From Pseudomonadota bacterium (GTDB lineage Bacteria > Desulfobacterota > Binatia > Binatales > Binataceae): a stretch of 64,000 bases of DNA. The notes beneath the pieces were generated by a model that worked only from the letters and a program-made list of their open reading frames with translations, had not been told where the DNA came from and ran no database searches. A program made the position numbers and the translations under genes. Positions 1-8,594 of the stretch are shown here, piece by piece (the stretch's first letter is position 1; each line of letters begins with the position of its first letter). Location: contig JAJPHZ010000004.1 in the NCBI GenBank assembly GCA_021325025.1, forward strand, positions 2,927 to 66,926. Reading direction: 5' to 3'.

Positions 1-720
1 CCATGCCTTGAGCAGGGCGAGCGCCTCGCCACCGCGCACTTCGCCGATGATGATGCGGTCGGGCCGCAGCCGCATCGTGGTGCGAACCAGGCGGGTCATG
101 TCGGCGCCTTCGGCGGTGTGGAGCTGGACGAGGTTGCGCGCGCGGCAGCGGATTTCGAGGGTGTCCTCGATGATCACGTAGCGCTGGTTCGGATCGGAGC
201 GCGCGACCATCTCATTGATGAGCGCGCCCGCGAGCGTGGTCTTGCCGGATCCGGTGCCGCCGGCAATGAGGATGTTGAGTCGCCGGTCGATGGCGTCGCG
301 CAGGATTTCCGCGTAGCCGGCGCTCAGGATTCCGTCGCGCACGTAGTCGTCCAGCGTATAGAGCACCTGCGCCGGCTTGCGCATCACGCAGCAGGGCCTG
401 CGCGCAACCGGCGGCAGCAGCCCCTCGAAGCGGATGCCGCCGATCGGCAATTCGCCCTCGATGATCGGATTGCCGGCGTTCGCGACGGTTCCGAGCGCTG
501 CTGCGACCGTCCCGATCAGGGCCTCGACCTGCGACGAGCCAAACGAGAATCCGGCCTCGTGCATCCCCTTGCCGTAGGCCTCGAACCAGACGCGGCCGTC
601 GTCGTTGATGATGATCTCGGTGATTTTCGGGTCATCGATCGCCGCGAGGATGCGCTGCCCGAGCTGGCGCCGGAGCAGCTCGTCAAGCCTGCGTTCCTGG
701 ATCTGCTGCGCGCTGATCAT
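1..720 (-). CDS. trbB: P-type conjugative transfer ATPase TrbB (VirB11 family), 3' end beyond window edge
   Basis: Not in the ORF track as such. My reverse translation from the ATG at 720 gives MISAQQIQERRLDELLRRQLG...NILIAGGTGSGKTTLAGALINEM...RLRPDRIIIGEVRGGEALALLKAW. Walker A GGTGSGKTT is encoded around 238-264, with the VirB11-type Walker B/His-box region following. ATGA overlap with the upstream RHH gene stop. Confidence 0.85.
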   Translation of the reverse strand, partial: MISAQQIQERRLDELLRRQLGQRILAAIDDPKITEIIINDDGRVWFEAYGKGMHEAGFSFGSSQVEALIGTVAAALGTVANAGNPIIEGELPIGGIRFEGLLPPVARRPCCVMRKPAQVLYTLDDYVRDGILSAGYAEILRDAIDRRLNILIAGGTGSGKTTLAGALINEMVARSDPNQRYVIIEDTLEIRCRARNLVQLHTAEGADMTRLVRTTMRLRPDRIIIGEVRGGEALALLKAW

Positions 721-1160
721 GCGTGCTCTCCGCTTTCGCTTGCCGCCTTCCTTCTCGAGGGCGCGGCGGGCTCCATCTGCCTGAGCGTCTCCTCCACCTC
801 CGCCCGCCAGCCGCGGTGGCGCCGCTGTCCGGACGCAAGCGCCTGCTTACGGTGGCTTTCAGGAATTTCCGGAAGATGGCTCAGCACGCTCAGCGCGAAC
901 TGATCGACCATCGCGAGCAGGGTAGTAAGCTGCTGCGCCAAAGGCTTGAGCCCCTGCGCGAGCGCCGAGCGCTGCGCCTCGACGATGCGCTTCTCCGTGG
1001 CGGCAAGAATGCTGTCGGAATAGGTGAGCGCCCCCTCGCCGCCGTTGTGGAACAGGCGCTCCTTGATGTAGCGGGAAAGCGTGATGCCCCGTTCGTCGGC
1101 TTCGTCGCGAAGCCGGCTGAACTCCTCGTCGCTCATGTAGGCGGTTACCTGTCTTCTCAC
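717..1160 (-). CDS. Ribbon-helix-helix (CopG-like) protein located between traG and trbB
   Basis: 147-aa ORF. The N-terminus RRQVTAYMSDEEFSRLRDEADERGITLSRYIKERL fits a beta-strand/helix/helix RHH fold. GTGA overlap with the traG stop. Its position between traG and trbB is typical of Trb-type elements. Confidence 0.6.
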   Translation of the reverse strand: MRRQVTAYMSDEEFSRLRDEADERGITLSRYIKERLFHNGGEGALTYSDSILAATEKRIVEAQRSALAQGLKPLAQQLTTLLAMVDQFALSVLSHLPEIPESHRKQALASGQRRHRGWRAEVEETLRQMEPAAPSRRKAASESGEHA

Positions 1161-3256
1161 AGCAGTCTCTCCTTGGCCTGCGCTTCTGGTGTTTCGTCTG
1201 TGTGCGTTTGGTCGGGGTGCGCGTCCTCGACGGCGAACCGGAGGAACGAAAGTTGTTCGCCTGCTTGGGGCTTCTGCTCCTTGCGCTTGGCGGCTTCTTT
1301 CGAAGTTGCAGAGACTCGGACCGGCTTCGCGACTCCAGTTTCTCGCGCGTCCTGCACGCGTGCGGATACGTCCGGTGCGTTCGCGATGTTGGCCGTCATC
1401 AGCCTGTCACTGCGCTGCGGCGGAGCGATGGCGGCGAGCCGTCTGAACTCCGGGTCGGCGTAGTAGCGGAGCTTCCTAGCTCTGATCGCCGGCCGCCCGC
1501 TGGTAAAAATGAGCGCCTCGTTCGAGCCGAGCCGCATCGCCTCGTCCGGCGTAAGCAGGGGCCGCGCGATCTCGGGCTCCGAGATGCTCGCGCCGGAGCT
1601 GGAAATGGTCCGATGCGCGTGGCGCACGGTGGTCTCTCCCGTCATCTGCGACAGCAGCCTTGCGGTCTCGATCCGGTTCGGCGTGAAGGCGACGCGGGTT
1701 TGGCAGTTCGAGGTGATCGCCTCGTCGTGGCCGTAGGCGGCGTGAATCTGGCTTAAGTCCTGTGCGATGAGGCAGGCCTTGATGCCGTAGCCGGCGATGA
1801 GCGATAGCGACTCGGCGAACATGTCGAGCCGCCCGAGGCTTGCGAACTCGTCGATCATGAGCAGCAGCCGATGGCGGTAGCCCGTTACTGCGCGACCCTC
1901 GCGGAACTCGAGATGCTCGGTGAGCCGATGGAGGATCTGGCTCAGCATCAGCCGGATGAGCGGACGGAGGCTGTTCTTGTGCGCCAGTGGCACGACCACG
2001 TAGAGCGAGACCGGCCGCTCGTGGTTCATCAGGTTGGTGATGCGGAAGTCCGAACCCGCCGTATTCGCGGCGATCACGGGGTCGCGGTAGAGCTCAAGGA
2101 AGCCCTTGACCTCCGAGATGACGCCCGAGCGTTCGTTGTCGCTCTTATCCAGCATCGAGCGCATGGCGCGGGCGATGACCGGATGGGTCCTGGTCGGGAG
2201 GCCGCGTCCGTCGGTCCAGCCCATCGCGCCGGCGGGGTCATGCTCGGCGCGCATGATCTGCCGGATGGTGTCGTCGATGGGTTGATTGGGATCGCAAAGC
2301 CGCGCTTCGAGGCCGTGCAGCGTCTTGTCGCGCCCGGTATAGAGCTGGTCGAGGATCATCCCGGTCAGGAAGGCCGAGCCCTCACGCGACCAATGATCCG
2401 GCAGCCCCTTGCCGTCGGGATCGACGATCATCTGCACGATGTTGCGCACGTCGCGGATCTCGTGCGGCGTGCCGAGCCGCACTTCGGCGAGCGGGTTGTA
2501 GCGGGCGCTGTCGCCCTCGGCGGAGGCCGGCGCGAACTTGAGGCAGACCTGGCCCATGCGCCTTCGCGCTCCCGCAGTGAGCGCCCAGTTCTCGCCCTTG
2601 AGATCGTGGACCAGGACCGAATGCGGCCACTTGAGCAGGGTGGGAACGACGATGCCGACGCCCTTGCCGCTGCGAGTGGGCGCGAAGACCAGCACATGGG
2701 CGGGTCCGCAGTCGCGAATCAGCGAGCGCCTCGAGACGCCGAGATAGACGCCGGCCCTGTGAGCGATCGGACGGAGCAGGCGCAGACGCTCAGCGAGCTT
2801 TCCCCATGCCGAGCGGCGCGCTTCGAGCAGGCGCGCGGCTTTGAGGTCGCGCGTGGTCGCCCAGCGCGCGGAACCGTGCAGGTCCGAGAGGTCGGCGAAC
2901 CATCCGCGGCGAGCGAGGGCGATCGCGCCGCACGCAACCGCTGCGACCACCGCCATCGGAGCGAGCGACTCGCGAACACAGAGCGGCCAGAGCGGCGCCA
3001 ACGCAGGCGCGTCATGCCAGCGCGCCCACCAAGCGATCCATGCCCACGGCGCGTAGACCGCGCCGACAACCGGCGCATGGAACAGCGGCTTCCCAAGCCA
3101 CGGCGCATGATGCAGCACGCTCGCCGCGTGCTGCGTCGTCACCTCATTGACCGCGACGAACGCCGCGGCCATCGAAGCAACCGCGATCAGCTTGACCCGC
3201 CCGAGCCGCGCCTCGGCGCTCGAACCCGGAATCCGATAGGGTCGCTGCTCAGCCAT
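1157..3256 (-). CDS. traG: Type IV coupling protein TraG/VirD4
   Basis: 699-aa ORF with N-terminal TM segments, LHGSARWAT, Walker A FAPTRSGKGVGIVVPT and LLLMIDEFASLG (Walker B), all characteristic of the TraG/VirD4 family. Confidence 0.9.
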   Translation of the reverse strand: MAEQRPYRIPGSSAEARLGRVKLIAVASMAAAFVAVNEVTTQHAASVLHHAPWLGKPLFHAPVVGAVYAPWAWIAWWARWHDAPALAPLWPLCVRESLAPMAVVAAVACGAIALARRGWFADLSDLHGSARWATTRDLKAARLLEARRSAWGKLAERLRLLRPIAHRAGVYLGVSRRSLIRDCGPAHVLVFAPTRSGKGVGIVVPTLLKWPHSVLVHDLKGENWALTAGARRRMGQVCLKFAPASAEGDSARYNPLAEVRLGTPHEIRDVRNIVQMIVDPDGKGLPDHWSREGSAFLTGMILDQLYTGRDKTLHGLEARLCDPNQPIDDTIRQIMRAEHDPAGAMGWTDGRGLPTRTHPVIARAMRSMLDKSDNERSGVISEVKGFLELYRDPVIAANTAGSDFRITNLMNHERPVSLYVVVPLAHKNSLRPLIRLMLSQILHRLTEHLEFREGRAVTGYRHRLLLMIDEFASLGRLDMFAESLSLIAGYGIKACLIAQDLSQIHAAYGHDEAITSNCQTRVAFTPNRIETARLLSQMTGETTVRHAHRTISSSGASISEPEIARPLLTPDEAMRLGSNEALIFTSGRPAIRARKLRYYADPEFRRLAAIAPPQRSDRLMTANIANAPDVSARVQDARETGVAKPVRVSATSKEAAKRKEQKPQAGEQLSFLRFAVEDAHPDQTHTDETPEAQAKERLL

Positions 3257-4283
3257 GGCGCTCCCTCCGCCGTTCGCGCGATCGGTCGAGCCCCGGCTCC
3301 AGCGCGCGGCGGCGCTCGTGCGCGCGACATTTGATCACGTCCTTGTCGCGCTGTCGCTCGCGAAGCTCGCGCTCGTGATTCTCGGCAAGCTGCCACGTCC
3401 GCTCGTCGATGCGCTTGGCAAGCCCAACCCCGGTCAGATACTCAAGGCGCTCGATCTCCTGCTCGGCGCGGATGCGCGCGCCCTCCGTGTGCGGACGGAA
3501 ATTCTCGTAGCTGACGATGCGGTTCTGGTCCGCCCTGCGCTGAAGCGCCCGATCGATCTCGGTCCACTGCTCGCGCTGGATGACCCGCTCGCGCGCCTTA
3601 AGCATCTCGCGCTCAAGGCGCGGCCCGAGCTCGCGCGTCGCGATCTCCTGGCTCCGCGTGCGGATGCCCTCGCGCAGATAATCGCGGTCGATCTCAAGCG
3701 GGCGGCCGTCCTGCCGCACGCCGCGAACGAGGAGATGGACGTGCGCGTCGTCGGTGTTGTGATGGTCGATTGCGATCCATTCGAGCCTGGTTCCGAGATC
3801 GCCCTCCATCCGGGCGACCAGCTCGCGGACGTGGTCGCGGAGATTCAGGCGCTCGGCGTCCTCGGGCGAGACGATGAAGCGCCACATCAGCTCGTCGCCG
3901 CTTCGCTCCCACGCCCTCACGGTCGCGACCAGGTCGATTCCCTCGCGCGCCGCATCGAAGCCGAGCCCCTTTTCGAACTCTCTCTGCGCGCCCGGACGCG
4001 AGAGGTACTTCGCGTGCGCGATCCACGCGCCGCTTTTGCGGTTGCGCGAGAACGACGCCTTGACGATGCTGCGCCGCGCGTAGGCGCGAAGCTCGCTTCC
4101 GCCGCGCTCGCGCCAGACCTGCCGCCCGCCAAGGCTTCCGTGCGCCTGGCGGCGCGCGCCCCACGCAACGCGCACACGGCGCAGCGCCCGCGCCCACCAC
4201 GGAACCATCCGCCGCGGCGCCTTCGCCGGCTCGGGGCGAAGCCGGATCTCGATCTCTTTCCGCCTGAGGCTAGGCCGTCCCAT
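3249..4283 (-). CDS. Relaxase/mobilisation nuclease with partial DUF3363-like C-terminal region (apparently short)
   Basis: 378-aa ORF. The likely start is MGRPSLRRKEIEIRL (ATG at 4283). Contains FIVSPEDAERL and the histidine motif IDHHNTDDAHVHLLVRG typical of the VirD2-like relaxase plus DUF3363 family. Ends in an Arg-rich tail overlapping the traG start by 8 nt. Confidence 0.7.
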   Translation of the reverse strand: MGRPSLRRKEIEIRLRPEPAKAPRRMVPWWARALRRVRVAWGARRQAHGSLGGRQVWRERGGSELRAYARRSIVKASFSRNRKSGAWIAHAKYLSRPGAQREFEKGLGFDAAREGIDLVATVRAWERSGDELMWRFIVSPEDAERLNLRDHVRELVARMEGDLGTRLEWIAIDHHNTDDAHVHLLVRGVRQDGRPLEIDRDYLREGIRTRSQEIATRELGPRLEREMLKARERVIQREQWTEIDRALQRRADQNRIVSYENFRPHTEGARIRAEQEIERLEYLTGVGLAKRIDERTWQLAENHERELRERQRDKDVIKCRAHERRRALEPGLDRSRERRRERHG

Positions 4284-4692
4284 TGCTCGCCTCCGAAAGC
4301 AGCTGGCTGAGCGCGAGCGGCAGCCGCGTCGGATCTTCCGGCACCTCGCCGCCCAGCGCCGCGATGATCTCGGCGACCTGCGCATTCGTGAGCGTGAGCG
4401 GCTGAAGCTCCCGCGCCCGCACCCACGACTTCCACGCGCGCTTGCCGGTAGCCCGCTCGTCGAGCACGCGCCGGCCCATCGCGGCCACCCGCTCGCGCTG
4501 CTCGCGCGTGAGCCTTTGCGTCTCCTCGGCGACGCTGAGCAGAGCGCCGAGCAGATAGTCGGGCGGTTCGAGGTCCAATCCCGCGAGCGCGATGAGCCCG
4601 CCGAGGTTGGCGAGATGATGAAGCCTCAGCCCCTGCTCGCGGCTGTGATTGCCGTTGCCGTTTCCGTTCCTGTTGCCCATACGAATCACCAC
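4270..4692 (-). CDS. TraD-like small conjugal transfer protein (Rhizobiales-type TraD)
   Basis: 140-aa ORF (GTG at 4692, or ATG at 4680 preceded by GGTGA). The core HLANLGGLIALAGLDLEPPDYLLGALLS resembles the ELGGLIVKAGL...LLLGAL signature I recall for TraD. N-terminal GNRNGNGNGN repeat. Overlaps the traF stop and the relaxase start. Confidence 0.45.
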   Translation of the reverse strand: MVIRMGNRNGNGNGNHSREQGLRLHHLANLGGLIALAGLDLEPPDYLLGALLSVAEETQRLTREQRERVAAMGRRVLDERATGKRAWKSWVRARELQPLTLTNAQVAEIIAALGGEVPEDPTRLPLALSQLLSEASNGTA

Positions 4693-5291
4693 GTGACGAC
4701 CGGCTTCAGTTCACCCCGGATATCGGCGAGCCGAACCGGGCCGAAGTAGCGCGAATCCCAACTGCGCGGATCGTTGAAACCGAAGAGCCACACTTGACCG
4801 GGCGCGACGCGACGTTTGCTCCACGCGACGTGCGCGAGCGCACGCCCGGCGCTGTCGCGCGACGCCGTCGCGCTGTCAGGGAAGCGAATGCCGTTGACGG
4901 AGACCCAGCCCGGTTTGATGTCGAGCAGGTCGCCGGGAAGCGCGCCGACGATCTTGTCGACCGGCTCGGCGCCGCCGGGGCAATCACCCACGCGAAGATA
5001 GCCGCGAGCAAGACCGAGCTTCGCGGCTCCGATCGGCAGGCAGGCCGCCACCAGCTCTCCGCGCCGAACTTCGTGACCAACGATGCGATACACGCCTGCC
5101 GGCGCTGCGCTGTCGGTGGTCGAGATTCGAATTCCGGTTGCCTTTCCGACTCCGATCAGAATCATCGCGGCGAACGCAATTGCAGCCATCGCCGCCAGCG
5201 CTCCGCGCGCGCCTTCCAATTGCTGAAAGTGAACACGCTCGGAAAGCGATCCGGCGGCGTTTTCTGAGGTACTGTACAGTCGGCTCAGCAT
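4686..5291 (-). CDS. traF: Conjugative transfer signal peptidase TraF (S26 family)
   Basis: 201-aa ORF with an N-terminal TM segment, TTDSAAPAGVYRIV and NDPRSWDSRYFGPV motifs typical of TraF-type S26 peptidases. Confidence 0.85.
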   Translation of the reverse strand: MLSRLYSTSENAAGSLSERVHFQQLEGARGALAAMAAIAFAAMILIGVGKATGIRISTTDSAAPAGVYRIVGHEVRRGELVAACLPIGAAKLGLARGYLRVGDCPGGAEPVDKIVGALPGDLLDIKPGWVSVNGIRFPDSATASRDSAGRALAHVAWSKRRVAPGQVWLFGFNDPRSWDSRYFGPVRLADIRGELKPVVTW

Positions 5292-5315
5292 GACACCCTC
5301 AGTGGGGGAAAGGCC

Positions 5316-5337
5316 GCGAATTCATTGAGGAATTCGC
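5316..5337. promoter_or_regulatory. Perfect palindrome GCGAATTC-N6-GAATTCGC just upstream of traF
   Basis: Read directly from the sequence. It lies 25-46 nt upstream of the traF start, in the only non-coding gap of the transfer cluster. Confidence 0.4.
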
Positions 5338-5469
5338 AAAAATGCCGTGCCGTACCGCAGTACCCTTTATCTTGCTCTACGACCGGCCGGCCTTTTCCCC
5401 GCTCCCTGACCACCAGCAAAGTCACCCTCTCCGCGCGCCGCGCTGCGGCGGAGAAAATCACTGCGATCT

Positions 5470-5715
5470 TCACTGCGCCTGCGCCGCCGTCTCGCCGTTC
5501 GCCCGGCCGTTGGCTCTGCGGCCCGGACGCGGCGTCCCTTCGAGCTCCGCCTTGATCTGTCTGCAGAGCCGCCACATCGCCGCCGTGATCGTCTCGCCAA
5601 GATCGAAGCCCGCCTCCTCGGCGCGAGTGCGCAGCGCTTCGAGCTCGCGCTTGAGCGCCGCCGGCAGCTTGAAGGTGATCGGCTCGTGCTCCTGCTTGCG
5701 TTTGAGAACTCCCAT
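5470..5715 (-). CDS. DUF2274-like small protein that normally closes Trb operons
   Basis: Within ORF 5470..5928. MGVLKRKQEHEPITFKLPAALKRELEALRTRAEEAGFDLGETITAAMW matches the DUF2274 pattern (K-P-V-K-L-x-V-x-L-P-A). An alternative ATG at 5754 forms an ATGA overlap with the trbI stop. Confidence 0.55.
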   Translation of the reverse strand: MGVLKRKQEHEPITFKLPAALKRELEALRTRAEEAGFDLGETITAAMWRLCRQIKAELEGTPRPGRRANGRANGETAAQAQ

Positions 5716-5750
5716 CTCGCATCTCTCCTTTCGCCCGATTGATTGCAGCG

Positions 5751-6881
5751 TCATTTCCCGTACGGACCGGGAAGCACCAGGTCCTCGGTCACCATCACGT
5801 TGAACTGGTAGCCGGGACGGATCTCGATCGTGGGCGGACGATTCGTCCCGTTGCCGAGCATCTGCTGACCAACCGAGCCGAATTGTCCCGAGGCCGCGGA
5901 GCCCGCCATCTCGCCCGCCATCGCCCATTGGTTCGGCTGGTAGTAGCCGTAAGGTCCGTAGAGGCCTCCGCCGCCGAACGCGGCCATCTGTCCGACCATC
6001 TGGCCCGCGCTGATCAGGCTCAACAGCGCGGCGGTTCCGAAGGTCGCGAAATAGTGGTGATTGACCTGGTCGGTGAAACCCGCGAAGCCGCTCTGGTCAG
6101 CCCCCGGCATCTGCGGCAGATCCATGCTCGCGGTGTTGGGGAAGATGAGCCGCCGCCACGCGATCTGCACCCGCTCCTGGCCGTACGCGGATGCATTGCG
6201 GTACGCGCCGATCAGCCGGCTGCCCTGCGGGATGAGCAGGTACCTGCCGGTCGCGCTGTCGAACACGTTCTCGGCGACCTGCGCGATAATCGGCCCCGGC
6301 AGATCCGAATTGATGCCGCTGACCAGGACTGCCGGAATCACGCTTCCTGCCATCACCGTGTACGGCGAAGCGGGCGGATGAAGCTTAACGGTGGGATCGG
6401 TCGAAGAATTTGAATCAGAGGTGTTTCCGGATTGGCCTTTCGCGCTGGCGATTTCGAGCGCCTGCCCGCCGTGAAACGCCGCCACCATCTCGGGCGCTTC
6501 GAGCGCCTTTAGGAATTTCTCCTGCGCCCATTGCGCGTAGCGGCTGGGCGGCTTCGGCGCGCTGCGCTGAATCGGGGCCTGAGCCGTTGAAATCACCGCC
6601 GGCGTCGGGACAAAACTCGGCGCCGGATGTGGCTCCGCGCCGTGCGCGGCGAGGTCGGCGACTTCGCCGCGATCGCGCGCCTCGCTGCCGGCATCATCGA
6701 CCGCTTTTTTGACCGCCGCGTCCTGGCTCGTGCCTGAGGACTGCACGCCAAGCGCGATCACGATTCCGCCGAGCATCGCGACCGCCACCACAATCACGCC
6801 CAGCAGGCGGTTGAACCGCCCGCCGCCCAGATGCTCCTGTGCCTCTTCTTCCTGTTCGTGGATTTCGTCTGCCGCCGCCAT
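5751..6881 (-). CDS. trbI: Conjugal transfer protein TrbI (VirB10)
   Basis: ORF 5751..7130. The likely start is MAADEIHEQEE (ATG at 6881, GAGGTGA upstream). One TM segment, a Pro-rich linker, and the C-terminal IPQGSRLIGAYRN...GQERVQIAWRRLIFPN...GADQSGFAGFTDQVNHHY VirB10 domain. Confidence 0.9.
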   Translation of the reverse strand: MAAADEIHEQEEEAQEHLGGGRFNRLLGVIVVAVAMLGGIVIALGVQSSGTSQDAAVKKAVDDAGSEARDRGEVADLAAHGAEPHPAPSFVPTPAVISTAQAPIQRSAPKPPSRYAQWAQEKFLKALEAPEMVAAFHGGQALEIASAKGQSGNTSDSNSSTDPTVKLHPPASPYTVMAGSVIPAVLVSGINSDLPGPIIAQVAENVFDSATGRYLLIPQGSRLIGAYRNASAYGQERVQIAWRRLIFPNTASMDLPQMPGADQSGFAGFTDQVNHHYFATFGTAALLSLISAGQMVGQMAAFGGGGLYGPYGYYQPNQWAMAGEMAGSAASGQFGSVGQQMLGNGTNRPPTIEIRPGYQFNVMVTEDLVLPGPYGK

Positions 6882-6886
6882 CGCAT

Positions 6887-7834
6887 TCACCTCGACCCGC
6901 CCGCGTAGGAAACCGTCACGCGGTCTTGCTCGCGCCCCACGCCCGAAACCAGAAGCGCCTGGTTGAACAGCCGATCGACGACGTAGTAGTTGCCCTCGAC
7001 CCGGTAGTTGACCATCTGGGCGCCGCCGCCCGCGTCGATGAGCAGCGCCGGCGCCTCGCTGCTCTTCATTCCCGCCGGCATCTGGATGTACACGTGCGCG
7101 CCGTCGTCGAAGGCCCGAATCGGTTTCCACTGCACGTTCGGGCCGGAGACTTTGTACGAGAAATTGAGCTGCGCCGGGTCGACGTTCGCGACCCTGACCA
7201 CGTTGTCCGAATCCGCCGGAGGGTCGACCGCTTCCCGCTTCGCCTTCGCCGCTTTGGCGTCGGCCTCCTTCATCTCTGCCAGCAATTCATCCGGGTAGTA
7301 GAACTCGACCTCCTGCATCGCGCGCCCGCGCGAGCGCAGAACCAGGTGGTAGATGTGCTTGGTGGTGTAAATAGTGAGGTTGGTTTCGATGCCGGGAAGC
7401 TGCGGCTTGACCGCGAGATGGGGAACGGGATTACGCGGGTCGCCGGAGGCCGCCGGCGTCGCCATCCAGCGCTCGGTGTCGCCCATCGCGACATCGGTGA
7501 TCGTCTCGCCCGGCTGAAGCTGGATGTCGGTGGTGCGAAGCGGCGCGCAATCGACGGTCGGCTCCGACGCTCCGCCGTACGGATAGAGCACGAATTGCGC
7601 AGTTTTGTAGACCGGCCACTTGCCGCCGTCCTGATGGTCCTTGATCGCCTGCTGCACCTCGGGCGGCTGCTCGGCCAGAAGCTGCGCGCCAGTTGGCGCT
7701 GGCGGCGTTGCCTCGGGCTCCGGCGCCGCCTCGGTCACGATCCTGAGCGGCGGTGGAACGGGTACCTGCTGCGCGGTGCACGCCGCGAGTGAAATGGTCA
7801 ATGCAATAGCAAATGCCGATTTGATTCCCTTCAT
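6887..7834 (-). CDS. trbG: Conjugal transfer protein TrbG (VirB9/CagX), lipoprotein
   Basis: 315-aa ORF. Signal peptide with lipobox (ISLAAC) and the VirB9-like C-terminus ...QMVNYRVEGNYYVVDRLF. Confidence 0.9.
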   Translation of the reverse strand: MKGIKSAFAIALTISLAACTAQQVPVPPPLRIVTEAAPEPEATPPAPTGAQLLAEQPPEVQQAIKDHQDGGKWPVYKTAQFVLYPYGGASEPTVDCAPLRTTDIQLQPGETITDVAMGDTERWMATPAASGDPRNPVPHLAVKPQLPGIETNLTIYTTKHIYHLVLRSRGRAMQEVEFYYPDELLAEMKEADAKAAKAKREAVDPPADSDNVVRVANVDPAQLNFSYKVSGPNVQWKPIRAFDDGAHVYIQMPAGMKSSEAPALLIDAGGGAQMVNYRVEGNYYVVDRLFNQALLVSGVGREQDRVTVSYAGGSR

Positions 7835-7849
7835 CGCACTTCTCCCCTT

Positions 7850-8518
7850 TCAGCCCTGCTGCTCGGTCCAGCTGATCTGCGTCACGTAAAACCCGAGCGG
7901 ATTGCTCACGATCGTGTCGTCGGAATTGGGCGGAACGATCTCGGCCTGCAGCACCGCCTCCCAGTGAGTCGGCGAACCGAGCGTGCCACCGTTTAGGTCG
8001 TGCTTTGTCTCAGTCCATCGGACCTGGTAGCTCCGCGCCGAGAGCTTCAGGATGGAATCGATCTGAACGGTGACGGTTTCCTTCTGCGCGCGCTTGAACG
8101 GGTTATGGGCGAAGTCGTCGGAGTGGTAGTACTCGTCGAGGAACTTGTCCGCCGCGCCGCGCGCGTGCGCGAGCAGCGAATTGAGCATCTGCTGCTCGAC
8201 CTGGGTGTCGCTGCTGACGGCGCGCGCATTGCGGATAAAGGCGGCGACTTCGTAGCGCTCGATGCGCTCAGTTACGTCGGGGACCGAGGTGGGAGTGAGC
8301 GGCTGGGGAACGGTGAGCGCGTAGCCGAGCTTGTCGACCTCGACGACGTAGGGGATGTAGCGGCTGCGGGTCGCGAGCCAGACCATCCCGCTCGCGAGGA
8401 TCAGCGCGACTGCGAGCAGCCCGCCCGCTGCTATCTGCCAGTTGCGCTTGCCGAGAACCAGATCGGCGTATCGTTCATCCCATTCCCGCCGCGCTTCGAA
8501 GTATGGATTCGCACCCAT
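7850..8518 (-). CDS. trbF: Conjugal transfer protein TrbF (VirB8)
   Basis: 222-aa ORF. NPYFEARREWDERYADLV...NWQIAA, a TM segment, then PYVVEVDKLG, the typical TrbF/VirB8 N-terminus. Confidence 0.9.
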   Translation of the reverse strand: MGANPYFEARREWDERYADLVLGKRNWQIAAGGLLAVALILASGMVWLATRSRYIPYVVEVDKLGYALTVPQPLTPTSVPDVTERIERYEVAAFIRNARAVSSDTQVEQQMLNSLLAHARGAADKFLDEYYHSDDFAHNPFKRAQKETVTVQIDSILKLSARSYQVRWTETKHDLNGGTLGSPTHWEAVLQAEIVPPNSDDTIVSNPLGFYVTQISWTEQQG

Positions 8519-8564
8519 CGTTCGCTCGCTCCTCGACGCCGACGCTTGCGAGCGTCAACGCGCG

Positions 8565-8594
8565 ATTCGGACACTGTCCGAAAATTGTCCGAAT
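8565..8594. promoter_or_regulatory. Inverted plus direct repeat of CGGACA/TGTCCG units upstream of trbF
   Basis: ATTCGGACA-ctgtccgaaaat-TGTCCGAAT. TGTCCGAA occurs twice directly and once inverted, 47-76 nt upstream of the trbF ATG. Confidence 0.35.

Noticed and set aside
1871-3334. Long ORFs antisense to or overlapping real genes. Examples: 118..903(+), 1871..3334(+), 3255..4310(+), 9325..10554(+), 11141..13015(-), 22860..24350(+), 31526..32863(-), 39765..40781(-), 50138..51058(-), 53452..55278(-), 59165..60520(+), 60829..62031(+), 62676..63986(+).
   Set aside because: Their products are Arg/Ala/Gly/Pro/His-rich low-complexity strings with no recognisable motifs. They lie opposite genes with clear family signatures. 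Such shadow ORFs are expected in GC-rich DNA because stop codons are rare in the antisense frames.
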